Below, in pieces: positions 27,435-39,516 of a DNA stretch of 64,000 nucleotides. Below the pieces are notes generated by a model. The model saw only the letters and a list, made by a program, of their open reading frames with translations. It had not been told where the DNA came from and made no database searches. Within the stretch, counting starts at the first letter, position 1. Each line of letters opens with the position of its first letter. A program made the translations under genes and the position numbers. The DNA lies in NCBI RefSeq assembly GCF_006345805.1, contig NC_042997.1, positions 48,546,001 to 48,610,000 on the forward strand. Reading direction: 5' to 3'. Origin of the DNA: Octopus sinensis. Taxonomy: Eukaryota.

Positions 27435-28115
27435 TGACGTAATGGTCGTTTGCCCGAACAAGCATAATTGTTTTTATCCCACTGGTCAAAATTACTGCCC
27501 ATATATGAATTCTAAACTTTCGCCAAAGAAAGGTTTCACAAAATACGGTTCTTAGAATTCGGATATGAGCAGTTATAAAAACTCTGATTTTTGGGAAAAT
27601 ACTCAGTGTTCGTTGGATGTTACTAAACTCCACGACACTCACTTGTTGAGATATTGGCTATTTTCTATGCCATGTCTATGATAAAAATTCAACAAGACTT
27701 ATTTGAATTGTTGTGAACTCTAGTAGTTAGTATGAAAGATTAGTTTGTGTGAATTTTAAGTCGTAATTCTCAATGACAAAATGACTTTACTTTCCAATTA
27801 TACTATAAATGCTAAATGTACATAAATAAAATAATGTAGCAATTATTTCCTCTTTCTTCACGTTCTTCAACTTGTTAATGAAATTTATTTCTGCAATTAT
27901 GAAACTGCATTTTGTCGTGGAGTTTAGTAATACCCAACGAATACTGATTAATTTCCCCAAAATCAAGGTATTTATAACTGATCATATTCGAATTCTAAGG
28001 ACCGTATTTCATGATACATTTCTTTGACCAAAGTTTAGAATTTGTATATGGCCAGTAATTTTAACCAATGGGATACCAACAATTATGCTTGAACGGGCAA
28101 ACGAACATTACGTCA
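27435..28115. repeat. Fold-back structure with ~200-bp imperfect inverted arms, TA-flanked
   Basis: 27435-27636 is the reverse complement of 27914-28115 (about 80% by eye); TA at 27433-27434 and 28116-28117. Confidence 0.8.
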
Positions 28116-29434
28116 TACACGTGTATAAGTGTATATGTTGTGTATATATATGTATATACATGTATACACATTAATATTGGTATGGATATGTATATATATG
28201 TTTTGCGTGTATGTATATATGTATATATATATATAAAAGCATAGACATACATAAAAACAACATACATACGTACATGCATACATACATACATATATACATA
28301 CAGACATACACAGTTACACTGCACTGAATCACACAAGAATGTGTGTTGATATTGAATTTCTAATGAAGGAGCCCCGGATCTAGGTTAGAAACCCGCTCTT
28401 TGTCTAATGGCAACAAATCATGAAATAAAACTGAATAACATATGCGTACTTAATACATACATACACACATACACATAAATGTATATATACATACATTATG
28501 TTGCAGAGGTTTAATGTCCAGATGTTATAGTACTGTATAGTAACACCTAATACAGTTAAACGGTTGTCTGGTCATTTGTTCATTTAAGAGTAGAACCGAG
28601 GCACGTGGCATAGTACAAGTGAGAAGATCTGAACTGTTGGCGTATAGATATCCATTCAGTAAGATACTGGCCCTCATCCAACTCTATTAGGCTCAACAGT
28701 CACCAATCTGGCGCCGATTACTTCCTTATTCAACTATTTAATGAAGTGTAAATACAGTTGTAAATGAGAGTATGTGTACATGCGTGTTTGAGTTAAATTA
28801 TGGTCTAAACGTGCTTCTGATTTTTCTAGTTTATTACAAATTGCTTCATCTTATAATTTAACCTAACCTACTTCCCGTTTACAGTGTACCGAACGTTTTA
28901 AAATTTAAGCCTGCAGATACTATTTCTGCTTTTTTTCTTGTTTTCCTTTTTCCTATTCATTCAAAATCTTCAATCAATATAAATACCTTCAAGACTCCCT
29001 AAAAATAAAAGTAACAACAAAATCAAAGATAAAGATGCCAAAAGAAAATAAAAAAAATTAATACAGCTAACATTGTAATCTCTTCCTTTTTCATATTTAT
29101 ATTTGCTTCTTTTTTCCTGCCTGGTAGATTACGATTCTAATTGATTCCGTATCAAAACGTATCCACAGAGCCAGCGGCAACGTTTGATTAAAATTTGGCA
29201 ACTACATTAAACATTTATTAGCAGTTCATTTGCTTTTCTAGAATTAAACTAAGATTGTAAGTTTCCATTCCCGTTACTCTTCAATTGAGTAATTTTTGGA
29301 TGGATTGGTCTTTTTACATATATCATTTATTTTATTTTATTTTGTTTTATGTTATTTTAATAATCCTCAACGATTTATTTCGGGGAAAATGTTTTAAGAA
29401 TAGCATTTTTTGCCTGTTTGTGCACATTTTATAT

Positions 29435-29542
<108 letters not shown>

Positions 29543-29619
29543 TATATATATAAGTATATATTATATGCGCACACACACACTCACACACACACATATATAT
29601 ATATATAATATATATATAT

Positions 29620-29665
<46 letters not shown>

Positions 29666-32197
29666 TGTAGTATGTATGTATGTATGTATGTATGCATGCA
29701 TGGATGCATGTGTGTATATATCTACATATATCTACGGATGTATATATTTATATATCTAAATATATATACATGTGTATATGTTTATACAAGGATTTTTATA
29801 CGTATCCGTTTCTGTTTCAATGTGTGTGTGTCAGTGTATGTGCGCGTGTGCGTGTGTATGTGTTTGTATGTGTGTGAGATAAAATGGTTCTGAAAATACT
29901 GAACTGCTTAAGTAGGTAAATCATTTACTCGCTCTGAAAAAGTGAAACTTTTTGAATTGGACTTAATATTTTTTTCTCTTATCACTGAGTGCCTTAATTA
30001 ATACTATCACAGCAACGGAATGGCTTCGTGTATTGGAATTAAGACGAATGATAAAGTTCTTTCCTTATGACCACTTACCAATCATTGCCTGAGAATGATT
30101 GTGAACATGCATTTATATATGTTCTCGACTGTTTCATTCGCTCTCTGAAGACTATCTTAATTTCTGAAGTTAAGTTGTCTACTTTATAATAAAGAAACTT
30201 TTGGTTATATGAAATATTCTAAAACAATGAATATCAATGTTTTTGTAAGTTACAAAAGGCTCAGTTGGAAGTATACGCAAGGCCTTACAGTAATACGGGG
30301 GAAATGGAAGAGCATTTTCAACTTAATTTCTCACTGTATTGCGTATATAAAGGTGTAAAACTCTGTTCTGCATAATATTTTCGAGTCCTTGATCAGGAAA
30401 TATTACACAACCAGTCGTACATATTCCAGCAGTAACACATCAAAAGCAACATAAATGTGGGTACTAATTGCAGCGCAACACCAGCATAGATACTCAAAAG
30501 TGTATAGACCCCATGTGACGAATGGTATGCAGCCACAGTCTTCCAACGACTCATATTCTATAGATTTGTGAAAATCAAGTGTCACTCAAGTTCCTCTATC
30601 TAATATCAACTGAGATCAAAGTTCATCTCGTTCTCTGGAATCAAAGAGCAGCGTACGATGTAAACATGCAATTTTGCTTGCTCTAATTTCTGCAACCCTT
30701 TATAATCTTTTTTTAATTTTTTCACTTTAGCTGCATCCTATACATGCCGGTATAAATTCTTTCTATTCAAATTTGGATATGGATATCACACACACACATA
30801 CACACATAGATGCACGCACTCACGCACGCACCCCTCTCCCACATACACACATACATATGAAAAAATGTTCAGAGCTAAACAAATGGTACTAAAATATATA
30901 AAATCACACCCCTCTTTGTCAGGCAAATGTGCCCACTACTACTGATATTTTGTTTTTATTTTTGCTGTAATTGTTCTTGATTTAATCGCGTGTACTGCGC
31001 CACATCTTCAAGCTCTTTCAGTTTTAGCTTTGTCCCTGCGATATGAACAGCTTTACCCTGTCTCCATTTCACTCTCAACACTATCTAAATTGCTTCACAA
31101 ACGATGCAGCCAAGAAACCATCACAATATCATATCTCAGAATGCATGTCACATCATCACATTATTTGTACACAAGTAATGTTAAACATTTTCTATCAGCT
31201 ATAGATTTTCAACAGCACTGAAAAGTCAAATTTCTGTACAGCATCTTAAGAGGTAATTGATCATCTTAGGGACCTGAGATGCATTTTCTCATTCTCTCCA
31301 CTATTATAACCGTATTCCTGCCATTTTGATTCGTTGCATAACCTTCCAAAATGGTCGTGTTGCCTTAGCCAAAGATTGAATTTCTCTGCAATGCATACAT
31401 ATATACATATACACATGCACGCACATATGAATAAGTATATTAAAATACATAAATATACACATGCATAACTCCATTCAATTTGACACACACACAGGCGCAC
31501 ACATATTTGTATGCGTATATATGTGTATGTGTATTATATTGTATTGTCACATATTTTAATATAACTGAATATACATGTATTGTGTGTGTGGAAAAGTGGA
31601 AAATGAAACCGAATACTAAACCATATAAATACATTCCTTCACGCCCATTCGATAAAATGCTTCTGCGCAGAGCTAACCTCGGAGCAATTCAGTATAAACT
31701 GCCGCTTGCTGCCTGCTCTTTCACACTTTTCACATCAAAGTTACTTCGCTAAGTCTTGAGAATATCTTTCTCAATATATTACCTAGCCACTCACCTTCAT
31801 TGCTCGAAAACAAAAATAAAAGTGGATTCTCAAGAGTAAAATCAACATTCATTAATAAAATCAAATAAGCAAATAAAAGTAAATAATTAACTGAATAACC
31901 AGCAGCTTCAGTAGTGATGACGTCGAAGCTAAGAATTATCAGTTTCAGAACAGGAAAAGAAAACTTGCTTGCCAGTTTTGTGGTTGTAGATGCTGGGAGT
32001 CTTCTATTTTAGTTCTGGTTGTTCCAGACCGGCCCAAGACCTTTGAGTGCATTTGGTAGAGAGAAATGAAAGGAGCACGACATATAAATATACACACGTA
32101 CCTAGACACGTGTATACATACATATACAAACACACACACACACAGACAGACACACACACACAAACACACAGACACACACATACACACACACACACAT

Positions 32198-32231
<34 letters not shown>

Positions 32232-32387
32232 TGATAAAAACGGTAAGATAACAAAAGAAAGAAAGAGACTTCGATATTATATAAATAGATGGCCGGATAA
32301 CTGAAGAGATGGCGGCGTGAATTTCCACCGCGGCATCTAAAATGGCTACCGAATAATTGTCACATGTTACATTTACAGATATATATA

Positions 32388-32434
<47 letters not shown>

Positions 32435-32533
32435 ACAATTGAGGATAAAATCTTTAAAAGAAATTATCAGAAGTCAGCGTGAAAAACCTCGTAAGAGAAA
32501 AAATCCGTAAATTCTTCCTCTTTGAAAATATCA

Positions 32534-32803
32534 TTATATTATATTGAGGGTACTACTATTCGTAGATACCACACGCTAAGAGGGACCAATGCGGTCAAAA
32601 CTACTAAAAATAAACAAAATTTTACCGAATGCAAAACTTCAAAACACATCATTTTAAAAATGATGTAACTGAATTCTTTTTAAAATGATGTGTTTTGAAG
32701 TTTTGCATTCGGTAAAATTTTGTTTATTTTTAGTAGTTTTGACCGCATTGGTCCCTCTTAGCGTGTGGTATCTACGAATAGTAGTACCCTCAATATAATA
32801 TAA
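32534..32803. repeat. Perfect 127-bp inverted repeat with 16-nt spacer inside a (TA)n-flanked element (~32432-32810)
   Basis: Arms 32534-32660 and 32677-32803, no mismatch found on manual comparison. Confidence 0.95.
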
Positions 32804-32817
32804 ATATATATATATAT

Positions 32818-33030
32818 ATCGCACGGCTCAGTGGTTAGAGCCTCAGGCTCAGAGTCGTGAGATTCCCGAACTATGTACTCTGTGTGTTCTTGAGCAAGAC
32901 ACTTTATTTCACGTTCAAACATCCGTAGAAGTTAGTTAGGATGTCACTGGTGCCAAACAGTATCCGCCTTTCCCTTTCCCTTGGATAACATCAGTGGCAT
33001 TCCCATGGTCATTCATAATCGAAAGGAGCC
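32818..33030 (+). mobile_element. tRNA-derived SINE, family B-like 5' part
   Basis: GGCTCAGTGG A-box; cttgagcaagacactttatttcacgtt core identical to the 49176 copy. Confidence 0.7.
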
Positions 33031-33289
33031 TTTACCTTCTATATGTGTGTGTTTGTGCTTGTGTGTGAGTGCGTGTGTGTGTATGTGTATAGATTGATTG
33101 TTACCATTGCATCACTAAAAAGGTCTGTTTTCATCAGGTGAGTTTGAACTTAGGTGGAAGATTCCGAGCGACACCCTTTGGTAGCCATGTATATATATAT
33201 TCATGTGTGCGTGTGTGTGTATGTGTGTGTTTTCTTTTGTGTGTGTACGTCTGTGCGTGCGTGTGTATGTGCATGTCTGTGTGTTTGTA

Positions 33290-33510
33290 TTTCTGCTCGT
33301 CCTTCGCTGCCGCTTGACAACAAGTTTTGCATTGCTTACATCCCGTAATCTATTGGTTCGGCAAAAAGAAAAATGACTGTGTAGAAAATTGTCTGACAGA
33401 AAACGTACCACGCTTAAATATAGAAGCTCTGTCGTGGAATTGTTCGACTGAGTCGTTTAAGGCAATGCCCCAGTATGACCACAGTCCAAAGACTGAAACA
33501 AATAAAAGAC
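33290..33510 (+). mobile_element. SINE family C 3' half
   Basis: gcttgacaac...ttcggcaaaaag...ccagtatgaccacagtc...gactgaaacaa. Confidence 0.6.
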
Positions 33511-33694
33511 ACACGCTAAGAAATTAACTCAACTTGATAGTGTTCAAATAATTCGTCATAAATCATGACTTGATGATATTCGTCTAATGCTATGGGCTGA
33601 TCGTCAAATACCATGGTCCAATAATTTATGAAAATAGTATACCCAGCAACAGTGTGAAATAAATAAGGGAGATCCTAAAGAAATAACGGTTTCA

Positions 33695-33890
33695 GATTTT
33701 GGCACAAGACCAGCAATTTTAAGAGGGGGAGCTAATCGAATAACCCAATGTTCAACTGGTACTTACTCTAACGACCCTGAAGGGATCAAAGGTACAGTCG
33801 AACTCGGCGGAATTTGAAATCAGAACGTAAAGACAGACGGAATACCGCTATGCATTTTGCCCCGAGTGCTAACGATTCTGCCATCTCGCC
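33695..33890 (-). mobile_element. tRNA-derived SINE, family A
   Basis: Minus-strand GGCGAGATGGCAGAATCGTTAGCAC head and GATTTCAAATTCC B-box-like motif. Confidence 0.8.
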
Positions 33891-35939
33891 GCTTTATTCT
33901 ACAGAAGTTCAGGCAAACAGTTTCAATGAAAACAAAACCCTGAGTATGTTATGCTTGTATATATACTCATGCCGATGTAAAAATGTATATATATTTTTGT
34001 ATGTTGTTCCTTCTTTTATGTATACCCTAATAAAAACACAACTAGAATTCCTATAGCTATGTATACTAAGTTGCCGATATGCCACTACTCACGTCTGAGT
34101 AAATATACTAACAATTTTGTTCTTATGAGATTATTTTTTCTCTGACATTATGTATACTTTTTGTATACTTATATGCACCCTAATACTCGTACCTTTTCTT
34201 ATATTCATAATACACAATACTCTTCTATTACTTGAATATTAATACTACCCTAATACCATTATATGTCCTTCTCACCTTATGCTAAGGTAGTTCCTTACCT
34301 CATAATTTTTATTTATACTAAAGCATAGTTACTGTATATTCTTACATATCGATACATATAAATTAAACCCCCAATTTACTATTTTCCATTACCAGCTCAT
34401 TTATCTCCACTACATTGTTATTTTTCCTTATTCCAACAACTATTTTCTTTTTTGAATCCACTTTTTTCCTCTTTATAGCCACAGCAGTTATTTTATATCT
34501 AAATTGTAATATTAACAACTATTTTTTCTGTTTTTACTTACCTTTCTACCGTATATTTAATACATACTAACGAATATTAGTTCTTATGCAAACATATCTT
34601 ACGCATCTTATTCTCTCTTTAACACGTTTTTACCTCTCTAACACTTGTTTACATTAACAATCCAGTCGCTATTTTATACACTATCTCCTCTAGATTAACT
34701 TCATTACCATGTATTAATTATTTTTTTATATACACAGCACTCTAAGTATTTTTTCTAACTGTCAGCTCGTATCTTAATTCAAATATTGCCATGCCTTACT
34801 TTGGACGACATTATAAGTGAATTGGACCTTGTTCCTTTATCTGAGCAAACCTAATTTAACTCCCTATTTAGTGTAGGCAATATTAGCAGCAGGACCAAAA
34901 TCTAGCCATCCCAGATCTCTCTGCAGTGACAGTCAATAAATTTGGAAGAGTTAATAAAGGCAGCGATTTCAATTTTCATAATACGAAGATATATTTCCTT
35001 TTTCACTGATTAAAATATTCGATCTTTTTATGGTAAACTGAATACGTTGAGGTTTTAGTAAATGTAATACAGATTAAATAAACATGTATGTTGCTTTTAG
35101 CAAACAAATAGTTAACATATTTATGGCAATAAATCTGTTACTGTTTTACAGTGGCAGTTATTTTTATTCGTAAATATTGATATCGCCACTGTAGTATTGA
35201 CTATGATATACAATGTATATTTTCTCTCCAAAGCACCAAAAAACTGGAAAGTAGTCATGTCTGCATCAGTTGGGAATAACATAGTGAATCAAGTGATATA
35301 AATTTCAGTCAAGAATAGCAAACATTGAGACGATGAGTAAATTATTATGAATAGGAAAATGTTGGTGATAGGCTGCTGGAAAATGGTATTACGGCATTGA
35401 TAGAAATAGTACTGTGAGTGCTTAAATTATTTACCTTCGGGACTAAAGAGTCGGTAAAGCACAGTTAGAGATCCATTTACTGGTATCGGATAAAATGTTT
35501 GTTCCTTAAATATATTAAGGATTTCGATCAATAAACGGTGGCCAGGGTAGGTTAGTATCCCTAAGAATCTTAGTCGATAATATTGATCATTGTACTTAAT
35601 CCTGCATAGTATTTCATTAATACGTATTTGATTAACAGCGATGAAATTTTTCACATAAAGAGGCGTAACTGGAAACAGCTGCAAACATCGTATAATTACG
35701 ACGATCGTCAAAGAAACAAGCACTAAATCAAACATATACACACACACACATATATGTACATACATATACATACATACATATACATTTATACGAACATATA
35801 TGTGTATGAGCGAGTATGTGCGCGTATGAGAGTGTGTGTGCGCGCGCGAGTGCTTGTGCATGAATGTGTATGTGTGCGTGAGTGTGTGTGTGTGTGGTGT
35901 GTGTGTGTGTGTGTAATGCAGGGTTTTAATTTCATTTGA

Positions 35940-36210
35940 GGATAAATTAAGTAATCTCATTTCATCACCGATTCAAATGTACGAGTTCGTGGGATATAAA
36001 TTTAGCAAGTTTGGAGGCCACAATGTTTGACGTTACATGGTCGTAAAGATCATTTTACATCCACTCGTGAGCTACGAGGGCTTTTGTGAGAGGGTGCCGA
36101 GTTGTGATGACGCTTGGCCTTCCATAGTGTACTTCATCTACATCCATCCAGAGCGTAACCACTCCGAGCAGCACCTCAACGTATCCAGCAGTATCAATTC
36201 TGCGTTAAAT
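35940..36210 (-). mobile_element. IS630-Tc1-mariner transposase catalytic-domain fragment (DD37D/maT-like)
   Basis: RIDTAGYVEVL...LWMD...GRPSV...AHEWM*NDLYDHVTSNI followed by a frameshifted WPPN segment. Confidence 0.7.
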
Positions 36211-36228
36211 GTGATATATATATATATA

Positions 36229-36348
36229 TAGTGAATTGAAGAAATGGAGTTGAACGAAGATTGAACAGAAATCGTTTTATGCAATCGTTGAATGCAATAA
36301 AACGATTTCTGTTCAATCTTCGTTCAACTCCATTTCTTCAATTCACTA
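36229..36348. repeat. Perfect 52-bp inverted repeat with 16-nt spacer inside a (TA)n-flanked element (~36231-36510)
   Basis: Arms 36229-36280 and 36297-36348. Confidence 0.95.
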
Positions 36349-36566
36349 ATAATATTAAAATTCAATTATCCGCACCAACGCACGGTTGCAACACCATATG
36401 GTTGTACCTCCAACCGTGCTGTCTTCTGCTGTGATTTTTGCTACCAAGGTATCGGTTAAACTTTTGATTAATCTGCAACAAGATTATTCATCTTTCTATT
36501 TCACAAAATATATATATATATATATATACAGAATGTTATTCTGAACTAATATTGCTGAAGTTTCAA

Positions 36567-36776
36567 GGCGGCAAGTTGATAGAAATTTTAGCACGCCTTG
36601 CGAAATGATTAGCGGTATTTCTTTTGTCTTTACGTTCTCAGTTCAAATTCCACTGAGGTGGACCTTACCTTTCATCCTTTCAGTGTCGATAAATTAAGTA
36701 CCAGTTACGTACTGCGGTCGACTTAATTGACTGGCTCCCGACCCCAAAATTTCGGGCCTTGTGGCTAGAGTAGAAG
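36567..36776 (+). mobile_element. tRNA-derived SINE, family A
   Basis: GGCGGCAAGTTGATAGAA head, CAGTTCAAATTCC B-box, gtcgataaattaagtaccagtt core. Confidence 0.8.
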
Positions 36777-36839
36777 CGAATATTGCTTCAGTTGCTAATA
36801 GCGAATTTCCATCTACTCTACAGCTCATCTACAGCAGGA

Positions 36840-36905
36840 AATTTTACCGGTGAATGTGTAAAATTATAAGGCACAAAGAGAGAATGACTCTCCCCAGGAA
36901 CAGTA
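36840..36905 (-). repeat. Short interspersed repeat also present at ~61040-61100 in opposite orientation
   Basis: gagagtcattctc...ttataattt...attcaccggtaaaatttcc in both; both lie close to (TA)-rich tracts. Confidence 0.7.
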
Positions 36906-36906
36906 G

Positions 36907-36967
<61 letters not shown>

Positions 36968-37131
36968 ATGTATATATCTATGTATATATATATATGTGCG
37001 AGGCATATATATGTGCATACACACATACATATATATAATACTACGATGTACAGATGAAGGAATTTATAGTCCGTACGAATTTGCTTTTGATGATACTTTC
37101 TGAGTGTATCAATACATATATGTATACACAC

Positions 37132-37303
<172 letters not shown>

Positions 37304-38137
37304 GTTTATATACATTTATATTTGCCTCTATATTCTGAGTTCAACTAGCCCGAAGGAAGGCGTCAAAATAAGTAACAATCGATATGTATCTGTATGGAAT
37401 TCGATACAATTTAGTATGCCTTATACTTTAGATGCCTACATCCTACCATGTCCACAAAACAATCATTAAAACATGTAAGAGATTACAAAGGAATGTGTAA
37501 TTATCGCCGGAGTGATGAAGACAAAGTGGACGGGAAGATTTACGAGCTCAAAACATGGAAATGTGAAATCATTGTTGCTATACATGATAATCTACTGCTT
37601 CTACAATCTCTCTAATCAAAATGTGCCAACTTGATGATCGTTGAAACTGTTTGCAATAAGGATTTTTCATATTTTCTTAACATCTGTTTCTTTTATAAAC
37701 ACAACGATTAAATAATTTACGTTTTCTATCAATGCAGCATAATTGATTTCGTTTTTCTTTTGGTGCAATCAATAGCAATTATACGCTTGCATCTAATAAT
37801 TACTATATTTAAAGCGGTTGCCATTCAGAGAGGAGAATATATGTATGCGAACATGTGTGTTTAGGCATGTGCTCTCCAGCACATATATGTTCGTGAGCAA
37901 CAAGGAGAGTCAATAAAAGTAAGCGTGAGCGATGGCAACTAGCAAAATTATATGAATAAATAAATATGTTTGTGTTTGCATATGTATATGTGTGTGTTTG
38001 TGAATGCATCGTACACATAATTACATAATATGCACATTAGTATATATATGCGGCATGCATATTTTTGTAAATATATTTCTATATTATTTCCCATTTACGT
38101 TTACACACGTACATAGAAATAAAACTAAATTTACGCC

Positions 38138-38202
<65 letters not shown>

Positions 38203-38313
38203 CTCTCCGCACATACGTGTACATAAATGATATATGTGTGTGTACACGCATATTTAGATAATTATAAGTGTGTGTACCAATACACATATGTACACCCACA
38301 GACTCACGTACAA

Positions 38314-38353
<40 letters not shown>

Positions 38354-38588
38354 GTTTATGCACATTTATATCTATATACAGAAACATGCATGCACATATA
38401 CTTACGTACATATAACACGAACGTGTATTTGAGTGTGAATAGTTATATATAAAATCACTCGCACACATTCATCTGTATATAAATACTAGCGCCAGAGATT
38501 TGCTTTATGAACATTATAGATTAACGTGAGATAGCGACAGAGCAAGATAGAAAGAAGAGAGACAGAGAAAGAAACAGCAACTGAGATG

Positions 38589-38639
<51 letters not shown>

Positions 38640-39194
38640 TTTTGACAATATTTACTCAAGTTGGTATGTAATTACCTCAGTGGCTGAAGTCCGTATTTAA
38701 GTACACATCATGAAGAAATAAACTAAGAAATGGAACCAAAATAAATAGCTACAAATCGGTGGAAATTGACGATGAAGTGTCCTTATATATTATTTAGTAT
38801 AAAGTTGTTTAGAATCCAGTAGTGAATGAGAAACCTTGAATGAGAGAGGGAGAGAGAGAGAGTTGGTGATTAAATGTATGCGCTTGTGTGTGTAATCGCT
38901 GATAAAAACAATAGTGCACATTGTATGCATGTGTGTGCGCGCGTATGCATGTGTGTGTTTGTTTCTCTTTCAAAACGTATGTTTGCTGCTCCAATCCTCA
39001 AATGTGTTTCAATGCGTGCATATGAGAAAATATTTATCTGAAAGGAAAGTAATGCAAAATGTAATCCTAAATGTAAAATTGTTATTCCTTTCTTTGTACT
39101 AAGGAGCAAATATTATATCAAATCTTAGATAAACAATTTTAATCGAAAAGCTTCAATCCGAAACATTATGTAAAGAAATGTTCATGGATTAGAC

Positions 39195-39227
<33 letters not shown>

Positions 39228-39261
39228 CATACCGTTAGTTTGCCTTTGGCTCTTCGGGATG

Positions 39262-39292
<31 letters not shown>

Positions 39293-39424
39293 GAATGAAT
39301 GTTTGTGCAGATGTACATTATTTTCATATATATGTATGTGTGTGTGTGTGTATATATGTATGTCCCCTCTGTGTATGTGCATGTATATGTATACATATAT
39401 ATATATGTGTATGTATAATATAAC

Positions 39425-39515
<91 letters not shown>

Positions 39516-39516
<1 letters not shown>

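Noticed and set aside
27310-27642. 110-aa minus-strand ORF that looks membrane-protein-like
   Set aside because: Coincides with one arm of the inverted repeat; the other arm has a stop in the equivalent region
30955-31085. Minus-strand frame IVLRVKWRQGKAVHIAGTKLKLKELEDVAQYTRLNQEQLQQK*
   Set aside because: About 42 codons with a weak acceptor and no homology recognised; compatible with chance
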